From Phallusia mammillata (taxonomy: Eukaryota), in contig OZ281496.1 of assembly GCA_965637545.1 (NCBI GenBank), positions 24,800,001 to 24,864,000 of the forward strand: DNA of 64,000 bases. The letters run 5' to 3'. Position 1 is the stretch's first letter, and every line of letters begins with the position of its first letter. Positions 1 to 14,531 of this stretch are shown in pieces. Both the position numbers and the translations under genes were made by a program. The notes below the pieces were generated by a model. It searched no databases and was not told where the DNA came from. It saw only the letters and a program-made list of their open reading frames with translations.

Positions 1-1887
1 ACTAAAAACAGCATATTAGCATGACTTCATTTGCACTACTTTTTCTGTCCTAAAATTTAGGCCATTCGTGAACTTTGAAAACCCTTTTATTTAGAGAAAC
101 GTTTCAACGGGGGATACCATAAAAGTGTATGATAGAACTTTTGCTTCTGGAAATTACAAGGCCGTGACTGCCGGCGGTAACGTACAATTTAAAACCACAA
201 TCTGTCGGCCTCTCCCAGTTTTAAATCCACCGCTTCACTGAAGTCCAGATGGCTAAACTTAACTTGCCAGTAATCGCCTGTGATTCATTTCCTTCCAATC
301 ATTTCCACGGTGAAAGGTATTGTCGAGGTGATGACGCAATATTACGTGCTACAAAAGCCTCTTTCATTGTGGCTTTCCCGCGCCCTGTTAAATAGGGCGT
401 ACTAAGAAGTCCTTTAAGTACCTTTCACATACGTTTGAGTTCGATTCACTGAAAGTGACGTTAGTACTTATCATAAAATTAAACTCTACCAATGTATCAC
501 CTGCTTTTGATTGTTACTAAGATACCGCTTATTGAATTCTCCGATATACCGATGATTTTTTAAGGCGATAAATGACAGTGAATGATGATAAAACAAATAA
601 TTTAATTATCCTATTTTCTGGTGTTGCTTGGTTTCAGGTTGTTATTGGGTTGATGTTTTGCCCGTTCGACATAGAATATAAAAACTCATAAAAATGTCAT
701 CAGAAATCATTGCGAAGTAATGCATATCTACCTTTATAAAAATATATAACAAAAATGAGTCCTACTTTTATCTTCCATAAATTTTTTTCAACATTTTATG
801 TTTATTTATTATGCACATAAGACGAGGACTAGATTGTTGTTGAGAATTTATTTGGTTTTGCAACAGATATCAAAAACGAGTTGGGGCAATAACAAACTTT
901 GTGGCATATGCAATAAAGTTTAACGACCAATTTGTCTAAATGTTTTAAATCAGTTCGTGCTTTCAATCTTCCTGTCACTTTTTCTACACAACAAAACGTT
1001 TATCAATAAAAGGTTACCATGGCATGCAAAACAAGTGTACTTGGCGCAATTGGGGTAATTTAGGTTCAAATCCCTTAGGTCTCTTGCTCATCATTTTTGT
1101 ATTGAGTTTGGCTTAAGACAATTTACCGTAACTTTGACATTAGTTTGTAACACTAATGACTAGTCCATACTGGCAATTAAAGTCTCGTCAAACGACATGA
1201 TCTCACTACAGATGTCACGGGTTTGCAAACACAAAACGACTATTTCTCAGCTGTTTCGACATGTGTTTTTTTTGTTGGTGTTAATTCCATTCAAATCCAA
1301 CATATATTATACGCAGAAAATCAAGTGACACAAAACAGGGATGATTTATCTTGTTTGACTTGAAACACTGCAAATGACTACAAGTCTTGTTCTTGATCTG
1401 AAAAACACGCCTAACTATTGATATCGATTCAAAGTAAAAATTAGCCACCGTAAAAGACAATAAAAGCTTTCAGGAACTTTATTTCAGATATCACAATCAT
1501 TTTTTTGCAAATACGAGTAAAAGTATTTACATCAGTGATCAGCAAATAAAAACGGAAGCTAGGCAAGATATTCCTTCAACAAGTATATATTATAGGTTAC
1601 ATGTCATTTAACTCAATCTGGCTATGTGCAAATGCAAAATTACAAGAATTTACGTATATAGACACTTAAATACACAAGAGCAAGCGGTGGTGACAAAACA
1701 GGCAACAAGCAAGCTCAAAATGTTCCTTTCAATGTTAGTTTAAATTTACATTGTGTCATAAAGAACAAACGTCGCTTAGTAATGGCCTTCTTTTACGCAC
1801 ATTTTCGCAATTCACAGTTAAATTCCATCGCCGGCTGGTGGTGCTCACGCGCAAGAGTATCTTTTTTATTTCCTGGTTCGACACGAA

Positions 1888-4800
1888 TCAGCAATCATCC
1901 AATGAGTTCTTCTCGATTTTGTTGCGAAGCCACTGCTCGAAGTTGGCGACGGGGACGTAGATACCCACGTGATTAGGCGTTCCGCAGTCCTCAAAACCGA
2001 ATGACGTCACCCCGGCTACGTACCATCTGCCATTGGGACGTCGGCATGACAACGGGCCACCCGAATCTCCCTACATCATTTACAACAGTTTTTCAAGAAA
2101 ATTTTTTAAAACACTTTTAGGCGTTTTTCACAACTATTGTTTTGCGTTTTTGTAGCAACGTTGCCTGCTTCGTACAAACTATTATCAAACGGCGAAATTG
2201 TGTTTATATTTTTTAATAACATAAACTTTTTTCGAAAATATCTGATAAATTACTATTCAATTCATACAACTTTAATTGAAAGCCTTATTGTGGTCGCCAA
2301 AGAGTTGTACTTACTGTACACGAATCTGATGCAGCTGTTGTTGAATTTCCCGCGCACATGTGTTTTTCTGCTTTCAAGTTATCTCTATATCGATCTTCCA
2401 ACTGCAGACACTGATTAAAGTCCATCACCGGAACGTAAGCTTGCTGCAACTCAACAGGCTGTCGTGCATCTTCCTCGTTTTCAGAACCTGACAATTTTAG
2501 TCCAAAAAAAATAAGCGATAAAAATTACTTGATTAACAACAATTAACTCTCAAGTCGTTATTTTGATCAAAGGCCTATAGTTTGATTCAAAACATTCAAA
2601 AATTTCGGTACTTTGTAAGAATTTTCTTTTACGGTGCTCAACTGGCTGTCCGGGGTATAACATTAAATTACAAGTTCTTCTGATGACAATCCAAACAAAT
2701 AGGCCCAAAACGTTTCATGCACGCAAACGAACGATTGTGCAAATACCTTCATTGGATATTGGTTTGTCAATCTAACAATGTCATCGTATTTAAAGCAGCA
2801 AAGATTATTAACTTACCCATATAACCCCATCCAGTAATGCTGCATTTTTCACCAGGATTTGGCGAGATAGTTTGTGGTAAACAAGCTGGTCGTATTTTGT
2901 CAGTTAGGGTGACTGCTTTGCGGAGCTTCAATAGTGACAGGTCAGCTAAAAACAAACGATTAGAAATATTTTCAGTAATCTAGAAGTTAATTTTTGATTT
3001 TTTAAAAAAACTGTGTCCTAGTTGATCAATAAGGAGTTCACACTTTTTAGCTATAATTTTCCATTTATTTAATGTCAAAATAACTCATTTTACTATTTAC
3101 TACAGTGGTAAGAATTTCAACCACATACTACCTTGCCAAAACTTATTTGTACAAGCTGCTGACAATGCACACACATCTTTGTACAGCTTTTGCAAATTAT
3201 AACAGCATTATGAAGAAGACAGCTAATAAATTTGAAACTTTGGAAGGAGCAAATTTAGTTCACAGGAATTTTAGATCATTTAGAATTTTAGATTTAGATC
3301 ACTGGAACACTAAACTCAGTAAGATGATCTTACCGAAAGCCATCTTACCGACAGTGACATCGGTGTAAAGGTAATCATCATGTACGAAAACTCGTCGAAC
3401 GAAGTGACGTGTTCCGTCGCGGTTAAGTCGCTGCATTCCAAGCATGACGCTCCAAAATTCGCCTGGGTCGTCAGGGTTTACTCGATAAACTCTACAAATA
3501 ACAGTAATATGCTCATTATATCGATTTTGTTTGAATAAGGAACCGAGGATGGTGAAATATATATCCTGTGACATACTATGTACAACGGTTGATTCTCCAA
3601 CGGTTTTATACACTGGACTTTAATGGTATTATATTTATATAGAGAACAGTAATCACCGGAAACTGCTACTGTAGAGTTGATTTTATTTCAAACTAGGCTT
3701 CATAACGTCCAACTATAACGCTTGCAGTTTCATGAACCTATTAGATAAATGGTGTGCCACTATCGTGCAATATTTTGTAAAATAGAACATTTGCATATAA
3801 CTCTCTTTCCAAATTTTTATTGTTGTTCTGTAAAGTGTGCAGCGAAAAGCAAATTTATTGATTTGTACCAGATGCTTAAAAAGTATGAGAACCACTGCTT
3901 CACACGACGAAAACAACAAATAGTCACTTACGCTTCCTCGGTGCAGTGTCCAGCAGTGACAACCCATTGCGGCGCGATGAGGGTTGCACCACAAAAATGA
4001 CGCCAATTACAAGACGAGCAGCCTCGTACCTGCCAACTCGCCTGCCATGGCCAACTTGTTATTGTAGCATCCTAAAACACATAACATAACATACACTTTC
4101 AAAGTAAAAGAATTTTGACACGACGCAAGTCTATTACATAACAATTTCGCGAAACTACACTAAACTTAAAACCTTTCGACAATGTTGAAACCACTGGAAT
4201 TGTCTTGCGGATAAACAATTTGCGGGTGACAAAATTTGAAATACAGAAAACATTAAATCGTTTACACTTGTACGTTAAGACAAACTTTGAATCAGCAATA
4301 TTTCATGAAACAATATTCTACGGTCATACCCTGCCTCCAAAAATACGTAAGATAGGAAATCGTTGCTGAACTTTGGCCAACGCTGTCGTCGTTCCGCATT
4401 CGAACGTTTTAAATACGGATATAAGAGTTGCGTTGCAGGCGCGAAGGTAACATGGTATTTCTTCTATGGGATCTCCTTCGCAACCTTGTTTCAATAAAAA
4501 AGACATTGGATTGCGCTTTATTGAGACCATTGTGATGAAAAAACTTTTTTGGTATATTCAAGCTTAAACCGTGTCACAGCCCTGTTTGTTTCCATTCATC
4601 CGTTTGCCTACATTGGGAATGTAGGAACCGGAATATATTATTATCCTAAGTCAGTGGTGACCAAACTGTTGACCTGACTGTTTTTCAGTGGGCCACAGAG
4701 CTGTTTAAACTTGTAGAATAATATGACAAAATAAGCTACCGTAATCGCTTCGAATAGTACAATTGTAATATTTCCCGGCATACTTGGCCGCATGTGATCA

Positions 4801-7800
4801 GCCACAAACCTATTCGACTCAATATTTAGCCCACGGAATAAACAAATGTGAAAAACACCCTTTAAGTACCCAAAGGATACCCTAAATGAATATTCTTGAA
4901 ACATGTTTAAAGCGTATGTATTTTTATTATTTTTTCAAGTATCAAGTTTTAGTTTGACTGAAACGAGAAAAATCCTTGGGTCTGTCTTAACCAAGATATT
5001 ACGTTCGAGGCTAAATTTGATGTTGCGACTTTACCACCCTTTTTTCTTATACACTCTTACCTGGTTCTCCTTGTACACCATGCCTACACATCCTCGTTCG
5101 CTCTCTACGCCCTCCTTCACCACAAGAGGCGCTGCAACAGGAGTAAGACGTCCATGTGGTCCAATAGGGACATGGCTTAATAAAGAAAAGTTTGGGAGAA
5201 CATAAGATTTTGGTCATAAAACCTGGTTGACTAATCACTTCTTGCTACCATACTCGTTATAATGTTTAAAAGCTAGAATTCAGACAACAAATATTATTGC
5301 TTTGCCTGGGGATATCTTTAGTAAAATTGTCCGCTGACATTTAAAAATTCCGAGTAAGGTGCAGATTCAGCCTCGCTGGCAAAACCTATTTGCAGGTTAG
5401 TCCTTATAGGGGCACAACGATGAGGCTGTGAGTGACTTTAAGATGCACGAGTGTGCAATACCTTGCCAATCGTTTTCAGCTCTATCCTGAATATTTATAA
5501 CAACAAAGCTTTATATATACTGTCGTGTTTCTTTATGTTTCATATGATTTTAGACCACCTATTTTGCTAAGTTGCTGACGCCCTACCTAAACCAGCTCAC
5601 CACGTTAAAAACACCTACCTCGTAATTGCATGTAGTGTGATCAACGTTGCTTCCAGGACATAGACCGGTTGGGCATGTTCGGTAGCGGATTTGAAAACCC
5701 CCATCACAGGAACGGGTACACGTAGTATATTCGCCCCACGGTCCCCATTCGTGACAAATCTAACAAGAGTACAGAATTGTTTTGAGCACAACGTAACAAA
5801 TAACAAATTCCATAGCCTTTGAAAAGGGTTCATGCCAAAACGATATGCAGATATACAAAAAAGGTGCAAAATAGTATGCATTTTGAAAAACATGACAGGA
5901 CAATTGTCCTATTTAAATAAGACCAATAAACAGATTTAAGTTAAAATATTTTTCATAGTTTAATTCTAAAGAATTGTCTGTTTCATTTTAATGCGTCTCG
6001 GTGTCAGTACTCGTCCTATTGCAATCGTGGTTAATTTTTGCTCTTGCATTTAATTCTGTTGCCTTAAAATGTTCAAAGGAAAGGTTTTTATACCTGGGAG
6101 GGACTTTGGCAGCTTTCTCGTTCCACTCTTCTGCCTTTACAGCGCTGTTGCGAAACCTGAGAATACACCAAGTATCGACAAGCCCGAACTCTGGACCTAA
6201 AGCCTTGCTCAGTCCCGCATGTCTTTGAGCAACTTCCCCAAGAGCTCCAACGCGACCAGCAGGGGGCGCCGTAACACGTTCGTCTTCTCATAGCCTTTCC
6301 CACGCACGGTTTCGCGGAATCTAAACGTAAAATTGGCGGTTGATTTATTGGAGCTTTGTTTGTAGATAAAGATGTTCCTGGCAATGGTCCCAGTAAAAAC
6401 TGTCATTAAAGATGCGATCGACATCAGTGTATGCACATTAAGGTGAAGCAAGTTTGCTTTTCACCTGCGTGCACCGCTATAGATAACATCAGTTAAACGT
6501 CCATATTTTTGGCGCTATGATCTGTGCTTTAAGTCTATTTTGAGCGCAAGTCTTGTGAAAAAACTTTTAATGCTGGTCACTACTATGAGACGGAAATGCT
6601 AATAACAATTGCAGCAGTAATGTGATTTGACGATTTAAGCAAAAACTGTTCTGTTTGGGTTTACAAGGCTTTCAGTTTTCATGGTGTGTTTATGTGGACG
6701 AGGGGAGATTTACTTTGATTTCTACCATAAGAGGCAATTAATCCGAACTTTAGACCTTGTTGCCTGTAAAATACCATAATACACAAATTGTAACTTTAAG
6801 CAATGCGGGTGTTTAGTTGAAACAGTTCGTTAGGGAAAGCTGCTACTTGTCCGATTGTAAATTTTTTATACATTTCATTTTGCACTTTACCCGAGCCAAC
6901 ACAGAATCGTAATGACGCTGTGGTGCCTTTTCCACATGAAGCTGTACATGCACTCCAGGAGGACCAATCCGACCACGTACTTGCGTTACACGGAAAAGGC
7001 GTGGTGCAGTTTGCTATATGTGTCGCCACAGCAATTCCACCGTGACAACTTGAAGAATTTACAACTGGAATTGGACAAACGGTGTTGTTACAGCTGAGAA
7101 AAAATCTTTCATCAATAAATTTAGATGAGATTTACGCAAAAGTGTATACTTCAATAGCACAAGCAAAAAAGTATCGATATTTCAAAAGTCGAATGAAAAA
7201 CCCGCAAACTGTGGATATGATTAGCTGAAAGTTACAAATATCTTCATAATCTTCGCATGTAAAAACAAACTGTGTGGTTTGCATTTCGTCTTTTTTGCAA
7301 CTTGTTGTTGGGGAAAACACACATTGTCGAACGGCTTGTTTAGCCACAACTCAAGTGACTTTTGCACTTTAAACGGTCAGGTCACTTCAGAGTTGTTATT
7401 GCTTAAATGCTCTAGATTTGCGCTAAACTTGTCTTATGATGTACAACACATCCCACCTTCTTTGGTGTTGTTGTTATCTGATGTGAAATTTGCGACTTCT
7501 TGTCCTGGCGAATATCTGCATTAAAAGGAATTACTTATTATAAATCGGAAAAAACAACCCCTTTCCCCCAAAAAACACAAACAAGCAAATAGTCTATTTA
7601 AATAAGAGACCGATACTGTTAATAAGGGTGTCATATGAATCGTTTTAGGACAATTTTGTGTCGGCTGAATCATTGTCAAAATATGATGATAAAGCAGAAG
7701 ACATTCTGTACCAAAATCCCTGTGTACTTTCTAAGGTTGTAAATCCCAGTAAATTGATTCTGGGAATCATTTCCAAATCTAATGCAACGATTTTCTTCTA

Positions 7801-10800
7801 TTATTCTGTGGTGTGTGGAGGAAGGTTGCGTAATGTACTAGTTTTGGATTTCGTAAAATCACTAAGTTATAAAATCCCCATTATAGAAACGTTCTTCCGC
7901 AATTTATACTAACGTGTTTATTCTCGAACAATTCCGTGTTCGGCTTCGAATCCCATCTTTTCCGCAGGAATGTGAGCACTGCGACCAATGAGACCACGAA
8001 GACCAGTTGGGACACGTTCTTGCAGCCACGCATGTTCTTTGTTCTTCATGATGCCCATTGCACGTTCTGCAAAAAAAAAACGATTACCTGACCTACTTAA
8101 AAAGTAAAGAATTGACAGTAGTTTTTCTGAGGATATTTGCATTTCGTTAATTTACCTGATTAACAGGTTTTGCCTGACTAAATATTTATTTTTTGGTCTA
8201 GCGCCAACTTTTGGCGGGAGAATGTGGTGGTTGCATAGGCTACATTGTCGAACGCAGTTAAGTCAAAACTTGCAAAACATTAAGATTACAGGTGTAAAGG
8301 GAGGTACTGGCAGATAAATCTTTCAGAGAATATATTTGTTTGTGCTATTTTCAGTGCGTTATATATACTTGCTTTACTTAAATGTCATAGCCGAAGCGAC
8401 CTGAATGCAATGTAAAATTTTAGTACAATATAGTCACAGTAGGTCAACAATCACTTACTGTGCTTCTTCACTAATGCACCGACGACGGCGTGTGCGTGTT
8501 CCTTTGCCACAGGAAACATTACAGGAAGACCAAGCATCCCATGTTGTCCAGCTATTATAAATTTGGTGAAAAATTAATAATAGAAAACCTAGCAATGAAA
8601 TCTTCTTTCAGTTGTACTTACCTGGCATTGCTGGGGAAAAATCCACTTCCACTTATTTCAATGCAAGGTTTCCCACATTTTCGCACTTGAACTACAACTA
8701 AAGCAAATAAAAAACTTGTTACCATAACAACATAACTTGTAAACCAAAAATCGAAATGACCTAATTAGTCTCATTGTGTATAGGGGATCAGTAAGTAATT
8801 TCTTGTTTGTGTTTTATGGTAGTGCTACAAACCAGAAATTGGCAAGACATTTTGGGCCATTGAAGAACAACCAACAATCAACATTTAACAAAAGTATGTT
8901 AAGAAATTTGTTCAGTTTGTTTGTGACATGTTCAGGTTTTTTTAAGGTTTGGTTTGGGTGACCGCTAAGTAGTTTTAAGAGACCGCAAGTGTTTCATTTA
9001 AATACCAAAAAATAGCCATATTTGCTTAAACGAATTATTTATTAGGCTACTGGCAAATTTTGGGAAACCGCTGGAGAAATTTGACGGTCCCCCAAAACAC
9101 CTTAAAAAAACACTGGACATGTTAACTAGTAAAAACAAACTCTATTTATTTTGATTATTCATAGATTTTGTACACATTATACAAACATACCTAAACAAAC
9201 ACCACATTCAGCTCCAGAGAATAGAACACTGATGGAATTAAAGCAGAAACCACTATATCCAATCACAGGTTAGCATTTTTTAACCTTGGATAGAAAGATA
9301 CTACCTACTGTTGCTACCAGTGATAAAATACAAATATGTATGCAATATGACAGGTTTTGTAAATGATAAGAACTTGAGTGCTGTGCATTTCCTTTGGTGT
9401 AACATTTATGCATTATAACTAAGATTGCATCAGTACTATACACTAAACAGCTGTCAAGTTTAATTTTGTGAACTATGTTAACTGTTACCTTATATTTAAA
9501 AGATTATACAAGTTTAAACAAGACTTGACACTTGACAATCATGCAGTGTTTTTAGAATCCAATTTGTTTACATTACTAGGTCAGTTGTTAATTTTGTATC
9601 CATGCATGATGATTGTTTTTGCATGGCCAAGTAAACCTAGAGTTTACTACTTTACTTAAAGGGTATAACATGCGCTTGTTGTTTAATGAGGTTTTGGTGT
9701 TTGTTTGGTAAGTTTATGGCAAGTTCATAATATTTACCATTTTGGCAAGGTCGATCTGAACATATTGATGATCTTTGTTGTTGTCCAGTAATTCCACAGA
9801 CTGTAGTAGAGCATGGACTCCAATCTTGCCATGTAATGTTTTTAATCTCCTTGAAACATCAAACAGATATGAGTTAGAAATTTGCTTCTAGGAATTTAGA
9901 CTCTACTTTACACCCCTTTGGTTTTTTACAGCCTAATGTAAAATTAGCCTCTTCCATGACCTAAATTTACACTTTAAACCATCTAATTGTTCCTGTAGAC
10001 CAGGGGTTCCCAACCTTTTTACGATCCCGTACCACCTGGACGCTCTGCACTGCCACGCGTACCACCATAGAGCACTAATGTGCTCTACAGTGCTCTATGG
10101 CAGGGGTCCGCAAATAGTGAGACCTTCCAGTCTGGGTCGCGAAATATATTAAATTTCCCATGAATATAAGCATCGCACCTACAGTATTAATGAATTTCGG
10201 CTTTTTTAACTTTTTCATTATTATTGCATTGTTACGTATGACTACGTAACTATGACATAAAGTACATGTAATAATGCAAAAAGTTAAGCGCACCTATATG
10301 CAAGCATGCGTTTTCTGATTAGCTGTATTCTCAACACAGAGCCCACAGTTCTCATTTGTTAGAATAAATACGTTCGTTTACCTGCTGTTTTATGTGAAAA
10401 TAGCAACTGACAATAGCATAATAGCAGTCTTAATATTGATATTTAGTTGATTAGTATTTTCCACAACCGTACATGCGAAAATGCTTGGGTCGCGAGAATT
10501 TAGAGCAATTTTGCATAATACTTGGGTCGCGAGAATTTAGAGCAATTTTTTTAGGGTCGCGCCAAAAAGTATTTGCGGACCCCTGCTCTATGGTACCACT
10601 TCTTGCAGAACAACTAATTTGTTTGAATCATATTTCATTCAACGCTATCTTAAGCACCAAAACAGTAGATATATCTATCAAGAGCAATCATTAGACATAA
10701 TTAACGCCCACTGTGCCGCAGCGTTGTTCGGCTTTTCATAGCAAGAAGCAACTATGCTTTTTGTTGAGAATTGACATGACCTGTATTTTGAAGATCGTAA

Positions 10801-13268
10801 TGATACGAAACAACAGGAATAGTTACGTAACAATGACAATAGGCCTGGGGACTGTTTTTTTTGTAAACAAAACCAGACAAACAAAATATAAAGTTGCAAA
10901 TTGAGGTTTTTGTGAACAAAACAAAAGCCACTCGCGTACCACCTGAAAACCCTTCGCGTACCACTAGTGGTACGCGTACCACCGGTTGGGAACCCCTGCT
11001 GTAGACTGTGTGTGAACATGATATATTGCAGTATGTTGCTCTTCTTGTAACAGTATGGGTGGTAAATTCTCTACAGTGTGGCATTACTATTCTGTATGTT
11101 GTGGCATTACTGTCATATCAGTGTGTGATACATACTTGGTTTGTTTAGGGTGATGTAGCGTCACTTTGCCCGCACAGGGGATTAATAAATGTTATCAGGC
11201 GCGAGTGTTGTGATTACAATCAGCGTTTAGGGTGCCGTCTTCCTAGAATGCCGTTCGACAATGCCTTCGTTAATAGGCATGATTCAACGTGAGTAAACAT
11301 GGTACACAACTGACGCAACATTTACTGTGCAGGGGTACAATACCGCGCTTGCATTATCTTGCCAGGAAAGTGATATAATCATCTCCAGTTAAACATTATC
11401 ACATTCACTTTAATCCAGTGGTTCCCAACCAGGGAGGAATTCCTCCCTAGGGAGGAATTTTATTAGTTCAGGGGAGGAATTTCATAAAACTGCAAAAAAA
11501 TTACATTGGAAATGTTGCAGAATATGTTTTTTTTTTCATTAGGGATGTCCATTATAATTTGTTATATTTGTTTTTCGTCTTATGGGGAGGAATAAATAGT
11601 TCGAAAATGGGCAAAGGGAGGAATGTAACAAAAAAGGTTGGGAACCACTGCTTTAATCACTTGCGGCCGATGTTGTTATTATGTTTGGTTCCGCTTCGTC
11701 ACAGTGGTGTATCTCGTACGTAGGGTAGACAGTCTAGCTAAACTTTGCGTAGAATGATTGCCTTTGGCACATTTCAATCCACGTTATCTGCCTTGCACCA
11801 TTGTTGCGCGTTTACGATTAAGTACTAATGTAATTTGTTATCGTTGGAAATGCGGGTGCATCACTGCATCGGGTTTCTGGTGATAAAAGCTTCATGATTA
11901 GTTCAATGATTTTATTCAATTTTATACAAGGTGTGCAACATTTGTAAAGTAAATGTCAACGCTTGACCAGTGGTTCTCAATCCTTAAGATAACTGGAAAG
12001 TTGACATATGTTCTTTATTATTTCGTATTTTTTCATGTTCATATTAATGATGCAGCTTAAAGTTTGGGTTAGTTTACAGACGTTACCAATTCTATGCCTA
12101 ATTCCACGAAATGTGATGCTAAAGCCGTCTGAAATTTTCATCAGACGTCTGGCGGTTTCGGCTTTTGAAACGAGTCTTCCACCTTAAAGTACTTTGTTTG
12201 TGGTGAAACAAACACAAAATGCCTTTTGTCAATATTATATTAACACGTTCGGCTAGTCGATTCGGGTCAAAAACTGTTAGATTTTTGAACGTCAAAATAT
12301 GCGCTTCCAATTTCTTTCTAAAATCCGGTACCAAGTTTTTGGTATAGCCAAACAGCCCGGAAGGCCTAGTGTTTTACTGTATACTTCTCGTGCTTGCTTT
12401 GCCCAGCTTTTAAACCATCTTCTTTTGCTTATTTTTTATTTGGAGGAATAATGTTTGACGTCCTTTCTTAAATCACGTTTAACCAAACATAGACTTTAAA
12501 ACATTGAAATAAAAATGATTCACCGGAACCGTAAAAAGGTCATGCCTAATGAGAAAACACATTGCAGAAGTTTAACGTTTACCGACGACTCAATGAACTA
12601 AACAAATCTAATCTTCACATCAAATTGAAAAAAAGCGTGACTGATGTAATAACGCGGTCAATTTTGTAAATACTGAACATAACCTTTAGTGGCTTACGTT
12701 TGATATTGTTATGACCTCTATCTCCCGCCGAAACCTCTGTTGGACTTTGTTCGTATTTCCGATCACTGCTTCAGAGATCACAGCCATACCTGAAAAGATA
12801 TTAGTCGGCGTCTTGCGATTTGATAGATAACATTTGGATACTGGATACATACAATATCTGTGCAACCAGTTTAAATTATATAACCTATTAGCGAAATAAA
12901 ATTTTTTGTTCAATATCAGATGGTTGAGGTTTATTGCACTTTATCTTAGGTCATAAAATTACCCACGTAATGTATTGCATCAAAATACAATAATGAGGCA
13001 TCAAAATACAATCATGACCCTGTGAACCGTTCTGTGATTACTTTGACTTCGGTACACGTGTTTATTTGCTTATGTTTGGTTGTTTGGTTGAACGGTAAAA
13101 TTTCAGCCGATGTTATGTAAACTTACCTGGCGGTGTATTTCCTTTTTCCATAGAACGCACATCGTTAAACTCCCGTTGCGCCTTCGTTGTTTCCAAAAAA
13201 GTTGTTTCGACAGTGTGTGATTGCGTTACGCTGACCAATGCAAGTGTGATAATATAAACAAACATCAT
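1888..13268 (-). CDS. Secreted TSP1-repeat (7x) trypsin-family serine protease, paralogue A (~763 aa, 16 coding exons)
   Basis: Phase-consistent GT-AG chain: 13268-13127, 12789-12698, 9849-9738, 8697-8622, 8551-8459, 8066-7914, 7093-6891, 6320-6094, 5759-5619, 5175-5061, 4484-4330, 4071-3932, 3491-3334, 2945-2817, 2487-2315, 2070-1888 (2292 nt). Signal-peptide-like start [17 protein letters not shown]; RFRR furin-type site; WxxWxxCSxxCG/RxRxC TSP1 motifs; activation site R|IFGG; triad TAGHC, ADLSLL, DSCTGDSGGP. An extra linker exon around 7250-7515 is possible but unresolved. Confidence 0.88.
8933..9115. mobile_element. hAT-type MITE
   Basis: TIRs CAGGTTTTTTTAAGG / CCTTAAAAAAACACTG; 8-bp TSD GACATGTT at 8925-8932 and 9116-9123. 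Confidence 0.75.
10001..10998. mobile_element. hAT-type (Buster/Charlie-like) non-autonomous element, outer member of a nested pair
   Basis: TIRs CAGGGGTTCCCAACC / GGTTGGGAACCCCTG; 8-bp TSD CTGTAGAC at 9993-10000 and 10999-11006. Confidence 0.9.
10101..10585. mobile_element. hAT-type MITE nested inside 10001-10998
   Basis: TIRs CAGGGGTCCGCAAATA / TATTTGCGGACCCCTG; 8-bp TSD CTCTATGG at 10093-10100 and 10586-10593; repeated GGGTCGCG subterminal motifs and an internal ~35-bp tandem duplication (about 10486-10550). Confidence 0.9.
11416..11650. mobile_element. hAT-type MITE
   Basis: TIRs CAGTGGTTCCCAACC / GGTTGGGAACCACTG; 8-bp TSD CTTTAATC at 11408-11415 and 11651-11658; GGGAGGAA subterminal repeats, including the palindrome GGGAGGAATTCCTCCC. 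Confidence 0.9.
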
Positions 13269-13734
13269 GATAATCCAAAGCAGTGGAGTTTTTGATTGTT
13301 TTTGTTGATTTGCAGTACTTGATGTCTATTGCCACTTCGCTGGTACAGACCCAACAAATTCAATAACAACCTTTCTTAAAGCCCTTTTTCCCTAAACACG
13401 AAAATAATATGAGTCAAGGTTATTTGCACTTGCAAAACCGTGCATCTGGTGTCTCCTACTTTGCCGATCAATGTTATAGGCATAGTTACCATCGATATGG
13501 ATCCCAAAATAAGGACAATCGAAATACTGCATTTTTGGCATGTCGAAACAAACATTTTTAAACAAATCTTTGCATTTATACTAGTCATGACATATTACTT
13601 GCTATTTTATTGCCAGAAACAATCCGTTTCAGCAACTTCTTGTTCGTAGAACATCATTGTTCATCTCACCACAGCTCAGGTCTAGGTTTACTTTTTCTTG
13701 TAGCAGAGATGTGACATGCAATTGTTGAAAATAA

Positions 13735-13838
13735 GACAAAATAAGGACACAAGTCAAAAACAAGGACATTTCCTAGCAATAAGGACATTATTTTTTTAAG
13801 ACATTACCCTTCAAAATAAGGACGGTATGGCAACCCTG
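13735..13838. repeat. Right end of a dispersed TIR-element family (...AAGGAC(G/C)GTATGGCAACCCTG)
   Basis: Multiple AAGGACA subterminal repeats; the same terminus recurs at 47461-47510. Confidence 0.55.
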
Positions 13839-14304
13839 GTTATAGTACTTATCAAATAATGTATAGACGAGTTGTGAGAAGTTCCACGTACGCGGTGCGT
13901 CATAAGCGCCTGCCTTCCACGAAAGGGCGTCACCCAACAAAATATTGTCTAGTGCGAAATCTAAATGCGTCAACTTTCGCACCAAATGTCAGCACAAAGT
14001 AACAACTGCTTCGTTTGTTATTGTTCAATACTGCGGATTTATTATTCTTTTGGTATCTATAACTAGGTTTCTATAGTAGTCGTCTCCAGGCGTGCAAGAA
14101 CCGTTTCTATTGTGTAAAATGAAACCGAATCAACACAGTTAGGCAATGATGCTATAGGCCTTTCAGTATCCTTAGCTAGGTTATAATTTGCGGCAATCGA
14201 AAAGGATTGAGAGCAAGGTCTTACCCAGGGGTGCAGGAACCGCTTCTATTGGGTATAATGAAACTAAATCATTATTATTATAATTTGGCAACGATAACTT
14301 AAGG

Positions 14305-14531
14305 CAGGGGTCGGAATCCTTTTTTGCACTGCTTCTGAACCTGAAATTTGACAGCGGACTGGCCTTAAAAAAACTACAAATATTTTGCAATAAAAACGTA
14401 CAAATTAGATTATCATCCCCGGATATTTGGGCAAAATGTTTCAAAGTTTTTAACCTGAAAAATTATGCGGCCCGGTAACAAACTCCTCCCGGACCGGCAC
14501 TGGGCCTCGGTCCGGCGATTACCGACCGCTG
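14305..14531. mobile_element. hAT-type MITE (older)
   Basis: Imperfect TIRs CAGGGGTCGGAATC / GATTACCGACCGCTG; 7/8 TSD ACTTAAGG (14297-14304) vs ATTTAAGG (14532-14539). Confidence 0.65.

Noticed and set aside
7254-7515. Candidate linker exon of protease A (good acceptor at ~7515)
   Set aside because: No frame runs from this acceptor to a donor with the phase needed to join 7093; the flanking exons already join in phase, so it is left out of the model.
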